A DNA stretch of 35,718 nucleotides, from assembly GCA_964560635.1 (NCBI GenBank), contig CAZLND010000001.1, positions 1 to 35,718 on the forward strand, written 5' to 3'. Every line of letters starts with the position of its first letter. Position 1 is the stretch's first letter. This document shows, piece after piece, positions 32,588 to 35,718 of this stretch. Origin of the DNA: an uncultured bacterium. GTDB lineage: Bacteria > Oederibacteriota > Muellerivitia > Muellerivitales > Muellerivitaceae. The notes under the pieces were generated by a model. That model had not been told where the DNA came from. It saw only the letters and a list, made by a program, of their open reading frames with translations, and searched no databases. The position numbers were made by a program, and so were the translations under genes.

Positions 32588-33106
32588 TTGTTAATACGGC
32601 CTGGCCAACCTTCCGATGTTCCCTCTATCGCGGGAGTCTATGTCGAATCCTGGAACAGTACCTATGAGGGATTGGTTCCCGACTATTTCCTCAAGGGAAT
32701 GACCCCCGAATCCGCCTTGAAGATCTTCACTGAAAGCTTCCAAACCAATACCCATCTCTACGATCTATATGTCGCGGAAACGCCCGAAGGCCGCATCGTG
32801 GGCTTTGCGGACTGCGGCCGTGAACGAAGCCATCCCGAAAGCGGGGTAGGGGAGCTTTACGGTATTTATATCCTGAAGGAATTCCAACGGCAAGGTATCG
32901 GCGAAAAGCTGTTCGCCGCCGCCAAGGAAAGTTTGGCGGCTAAAGACATCCGTTCCATGGTCGTTTGGGTCCTGGAGAAGAGCCCCTACCGGAAGTTCTA
33001 TGAAAAGTCCCAAGGAGTTCTGCAACCTGGGGCCAAACAACTGGGCCAGCAAGGTCAACAAGTTCAATTGGTTTCTTACGGTTGGAATGGTCTAAAATCC
33101 TCATGA
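32588..33106 (+). CDS. GNAT-family N-acetyltransferase
   Basis: IRPGQPSDVPSIAGVY N-terminus and the acetyl-CoA motif LKEFQRQGIGEKLF. The track start GTG 32561 lies inside the palindromic repeat. I prefer TTG 32588 (AAGAGG 6 nt upstream), but the start is uncertain. Confidence 0.8.
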   Translation: MLIRPGQPSDVPSIAGVYVESWNSTYEGLVPDYFLKGMTPESALKIFTESFQTNTHLYDLYVAETPEGRIVGFADCGRERSHPESGVGELYGIYILKEFQRQGIGEKLFAAAKESLAAKDIRSMVVWVLEKSPYRKFYEKSQGVLQPGAKQLGQQGQQVQLVSYGWNGLKSS

Positions 33107-33128
33107 AATAAATTCAATAGGAGAAACT

Positions 33129-34232
33129 ATGTCTCGTGCCACGCCCGAAGGAACGAAGAAATACACCGCCAGGTTCCCAGAATTCCAAAAAGCCGGGCAT
33201 TACCGGGATTTCATGGGGCTCCAAGTTTCTTCCCTTGGCCTTGGCACCTACTTGGGCAACCAGAACGATGCGGACGATAAGCTCTATATAGAAGCCATCA
33301 AGACCGCCCTCGCTTCCGGCATCAATCTTCTGGATTCGGCCATTAATTACCGTTGTATGCGTAGTGAACGCAATATCGGTCAGGCCATCCAAGAATTGGT
33401 GAAAGAAGGGAAGCTCGCCCGAGAGGAAGTGGTGGTTTGCACTAAGGGCGGGTTCATCCCCTTCGACGGCCAGCCTCCGGCTAATCCCCAGAAATATTTC
33501 CACGATGAGTACATCGGCCCTGGCCTCTGCGCCCAAGACGACATCATCGCGGGTTGTCATTGTATGACACCTTCTTATTTGAGGAACCAAGTGGATCGGT
33601 CGCTGAAGAATTTTGGATTGGATCATATCGATCTCTATTACATCCACAATCCCGAGACCCAGTTGGATGAGGTCGAGAAACCCGATTTCTATAAGCGATT
33701 GGAGATGGCCTTTAAGGAATTGGAAAAATTGGTGTCAGAAGGGAAGATCGGCTCTTATGGCACGGCCACTTGGAACGGTTACCGTGTACCGATGGAAGCT
33801 CCCGAGCATTTGTCCCTGCAGGAAGTCCTCAAGGCCGCCGAGAAGGCCGGGGGGAATGGACACCACTTCAAGGCCGTCCAACTTCCCTTTAACTTGGGCA
33901 TGGCGGAAGCCTATGGGTTGGCCAACCAGGTATTTGGGTCCCAAACGGTTCCCTTTTTGGAAGCGGCCAAGGCGAATGGCATCGCGGTCTTTACCAGCGC
34001 CTCCATCTTGCAGTCCCGGCTTTCCAAGAACCTGCCGCCGGTGGTGGGAGAAACCTTTACGGGGCTCAAGACCGACGCCCAAAGAGCGATCCAGTTCGTG
34101 CGCTCTACTCCTGGGGTAACAGTTGCTTTGGTTGGCATGAAGCGCAAGGAACATGTAGCGGAAAACTTGGGAGTTGCCCCGGTGTCTCCAGTTTCCCCGG
34201 AAAAGATCAAAGGTTTGTTCGAGTCTGAGTAA
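33129..34232 (+). CDS. Aldo/keto reductase family oxidoreductase
   Basis: LGLGTY, INLLDSAINY, VVCTKGG and IDLYYIHNPE motifs. AGGAGA lies upstream of the ATG. Confidence 0.9.
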   Translation: MSRATPEGTKKYTARFPEFQKAGHYRDFMGLQVSSLGLGTYLGNQNDADDKLYIEAIKTALASGINLLDSAINYRCMRSERNIGQAIQELVKEGKLAREEVVVCTKGGFIPFDGQPPANPQKYFHDEYIGPGLCAQDDIIAGCHCMTPSYLRNQVDRSLKNFGLDHIDLYYIHNPETQLDEVEKPDFYKRLEMAFKELEKLVSEGKIGSYGTATWNGYRVPMEAPEHLSLQEVLKAAEKAGGNGHHFKAVQLPFNLGMAEAYGLANQVFGSQTVPFLEAAKANGIAVFTSASILQSRLSKNLPPVVGETFTGLKTDAQRAIQFVRSTPGVTVALVGMKRKEHVAENLGVAPVSPVSPEKIKGLFESE

Positions 34233-34247
34233 GGGAAAAGAAGGTCT

Positions 34248-34514
34248 TCACTCCGGTTCGCCGAACCGGAATTCCACCAACCGCCGAAGGGCCGATATGG
34301 CCTGGGGCGCGTTCTCGCCCTGGACCTCGATCTCCAGCTCCGCGCCTTGGGGTACCGCCAACTCGAGGATGCCAAGTAGGCTCTTGGCATTGACGGCCCG
34401 GCCCCCGCACTTGACCAGGATAGGAACCGAAAAGGAACTCGCCAATCGCGCCAATTGGGCCGCCGCGCGCAAATGGATACCGAATTTATTCTGGACCAGT
34501 ATTTTTTCTGTCAT
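34248..34514 (-). CDS. ptsH: HPr-family phosphocarrier protein (paralogue 2)
   Basis: MTEKILVQNKFGIHLRAAAQL (His-15 context), NAKSLLGILEL (Ser-46 context), C-terminal RFGEPE as in paralogue 1. ATG 34514 is preceded by GGAGGG. Confidence 0.85.
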   Translation of the reverse strand: MTEKILVQNKFGIHLRAAAQLARLASSFSVPILVKCGGRAVNAKSLLGILELAVPQGAELEIEVQGENAPQAISALRRLVEFRFGEPE

Positions 34515-34586
34515 CAAACCCTCCGTCCTCACCTCACGGGGTATAGACGAAGGGGGTTGGAAAATCCTACCGGTCCTTTTTGAAAA

Positions 34587-35639
34587 TTATCCTTTAAGCG
34601 AAGCCAGGTCGATGACGAAACGGTAACGCACATCGCTCTTGAGCATACGCTCGTAAGCCTCATTGATCTTGTCCATGGGGATGACTTCCACTTCGGATCC
34701 GATGCCCTTTTGTCCGCAGAAATCCAGCATCTCTTGGGTTTCCTTGATGCCGCCGATGAGGGAGCCCGCCAGACGGCGTCTTTTCCCTATCAAATTGAAA
34801 GCGTTCACTTGCCCCGGCTTTTCCGGCGCGCCCACTAACACCATGGTGCCGTCCCGTTTCAAAAGACCCAAGTAATTGTCCAGGCTATTGGGGGCCGAGA
34901 CGGTATTGATGATCAGGTCCAATGTTCCGGCGGCTTTTTCCAAGGCCCCCGCTTCGGAAGCGTTGATGAAATGGGCGGCTCCCAACTTTTTCGCGTCATC
35001 CTTTTTCTTGTCGGAAGAGCTCACGACCGTCACTTCGGCACCCATGGCCGACCCCAGCTTGACCGCCATATGGCCCAATCCGCCCAACCCGATGACCCCT
35101 ACCTTTTGGCCGGGTCCGGCTTTCCAGGTCTTAAGGGGCGAATAAGTGGTGATGCCCGCGCAAAGAAGCGGCGCGGCTTGATGCAGGGGAATATTGTTCG
35201 GGATCTTAAGAACGTAATTCTCATCCACGGTGATCTTGGTGGAGTAGCCCCCGTAAGTAGGGGTTTTTCCATCCGCTTCCACTCCTCCGTAGGTCCAGCG
35301 GGGGGCACCGGATTCGCAATATTGCTCTAGGCCTTCCTTACAGGAGGCGCAAACCCGGCAGGAATCCACGAAGCATCCCACGCCCACGGTGTCGCCCACT
35401 TTGAATTTCTTGACCTCGGTCCCGACCCTTTCCACTTTCCCGGCCAGCTCATGGCCAGGCACCATGGGATAGGCTCCCCAGCCCCATTCGTTGCGGACCT
35501 GATGCAGGTCCGAATGACAGACCCCGCAGAATTGAACGTCCATCACGATGTCATGAGGACCGGGTTCGCGACGTTCGAAAGAAAAGGGCTTCAGGGCTTC
35601 CTTAGCTTGATGGGCGGCGTAGGCTTTGACTGAGATCAT
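34587..35639 (-). CDS. yahK: Zn-dependent NAD(P)-alcohol/aldehyde reductase, YahK (cinnamyl-alcohol dehydrogenase) family
   Basis: Near-collinear with E. coli YahK as I remember it: REPGPHDIVMDVQFCGVCHSDLHQVRNEWG, PGHE, GVGCFVDSCRVCASC, LLCAGITTYSPL, GVIGLGGLGHM, INEAYERMLKSDVRYRFVID. GGAGGA lies upstream. Confidence 0.9.
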   Translation of the reverse strand: MISVKAYAAHQAKEALKPFSFERREPGPHDIVMDVQFCGVCHSDLHQVRNEWGWGAYPMVPGHELAGKVERVGTEVKKFKVGDTVGVGCFVDSCRVCASCKEGLEQYCESGAPRWTYGGVEADGKTPTYGGYSTKITVDENYVLKIPNNIPLHQAAPLLCAGITTYSPLKTWKAGPGQKVGVIGLGGLGHMAVKLGSAMGAEVTVVSSSDKKKDDAKKLGAAHFINASEAGALEKAAGTLDLIINTVSAPNSLDNYLGLLKRDGTMVLVGAPEKPGQVNAFNLIGKRRRLAGSLIGGIKETQEMLDFCGQKGIGSEVEVIPMDKINEAYERMLKSDVRYRFVIDLASLKG

Positions 35640-35718
35640 GGATTCCTCCGGGATTTGGGTTCAGAAGGATGAGGATAGGCGGGGTTGGGAGGGAATAACA
35701 AGGAGCCGGAAGGATTTA

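Noticed and set aside
33114-34626. ORFs 33114..33647(-), 33613..34119(+), 33735..34154(-), 33911..34390(-), 34174..34626(+), 34207..34410(-).
   Set aside because: They overlap the aldo-keto reductase and HPr-2 frames, which have clear family motifs and Shine-Dalgarno sites. The rejected products are Arg/Pro/Ser/Trp-rich.

Overview
This 35.7-kb segment looks chromosomal. It comes from a moderately GC-rich, Shine-Dalgarno-using diderm bacterium; the evidence for diderm is a TolC-type efflux protein, a beta-barrel outer-membrane protein and a lipoprotein. I cannot assign taxonomy from sequence alone. I support 35 protein-coding genes, including one that is missing from the ORF track because it runs off the left edge. 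I found no rRNA, tRNA, CRISPR array, transposase, integrase or recognisable defence genes.

Gene content from left to right:
- A partial nucleobase-type permease.
- An autoregulated marR / TolC-like / emrA-like / emrB-like efflux operon.
- A Cys-rich lipoprotein, a YgiD-type extradiol dioxygenase, a rhodanese, a MuiA/DUF4139-like protein and an orphan HPr.
- A translationally coupled operon in which two paralogous secreted proteins sandwich a Sel1-repeat protein.
- A 1410-aa secreted sedolisin (S53) protease carrying three malectin-like modules and a FlgD-Ig/T9SS-like C-terminal domain.
- A cluster of oxidative enzymes: a heme-oxygenase-like diiron protein paired with a stand-alone cNMP-binding protein, a secreted TPR/FGE-sulfatase-like protein and a ferritin-like diiron protein.
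- A GH42-like / Sel1 / tandem-ABM-like trio, msrA and a TPR/beta-barrel fusion outer-membrane protein.
- An ordinary aldehyde / acyl-CoA / alcohol redox block (ALDH, VLCAD-type ACAD, GNAT, AKR, a second HPr, YahK-like ADH).

At least six long, near-perfect palindromic elements sit in intergenic DNA. Several have arms built from about 8-nt sub-repeats, and one homologous pair brackets the ACAD gene.

The best candidates for undescribed biology are the paralogue-Sel1-paralogue operon (11597-13936), the diiron-oxidase/cNMP-sensor pair with its neighbouring oxidative genes (18530-22997) and the S53-malectin giant protease. All functional calls come from motif recognition by eye. No database search was run.
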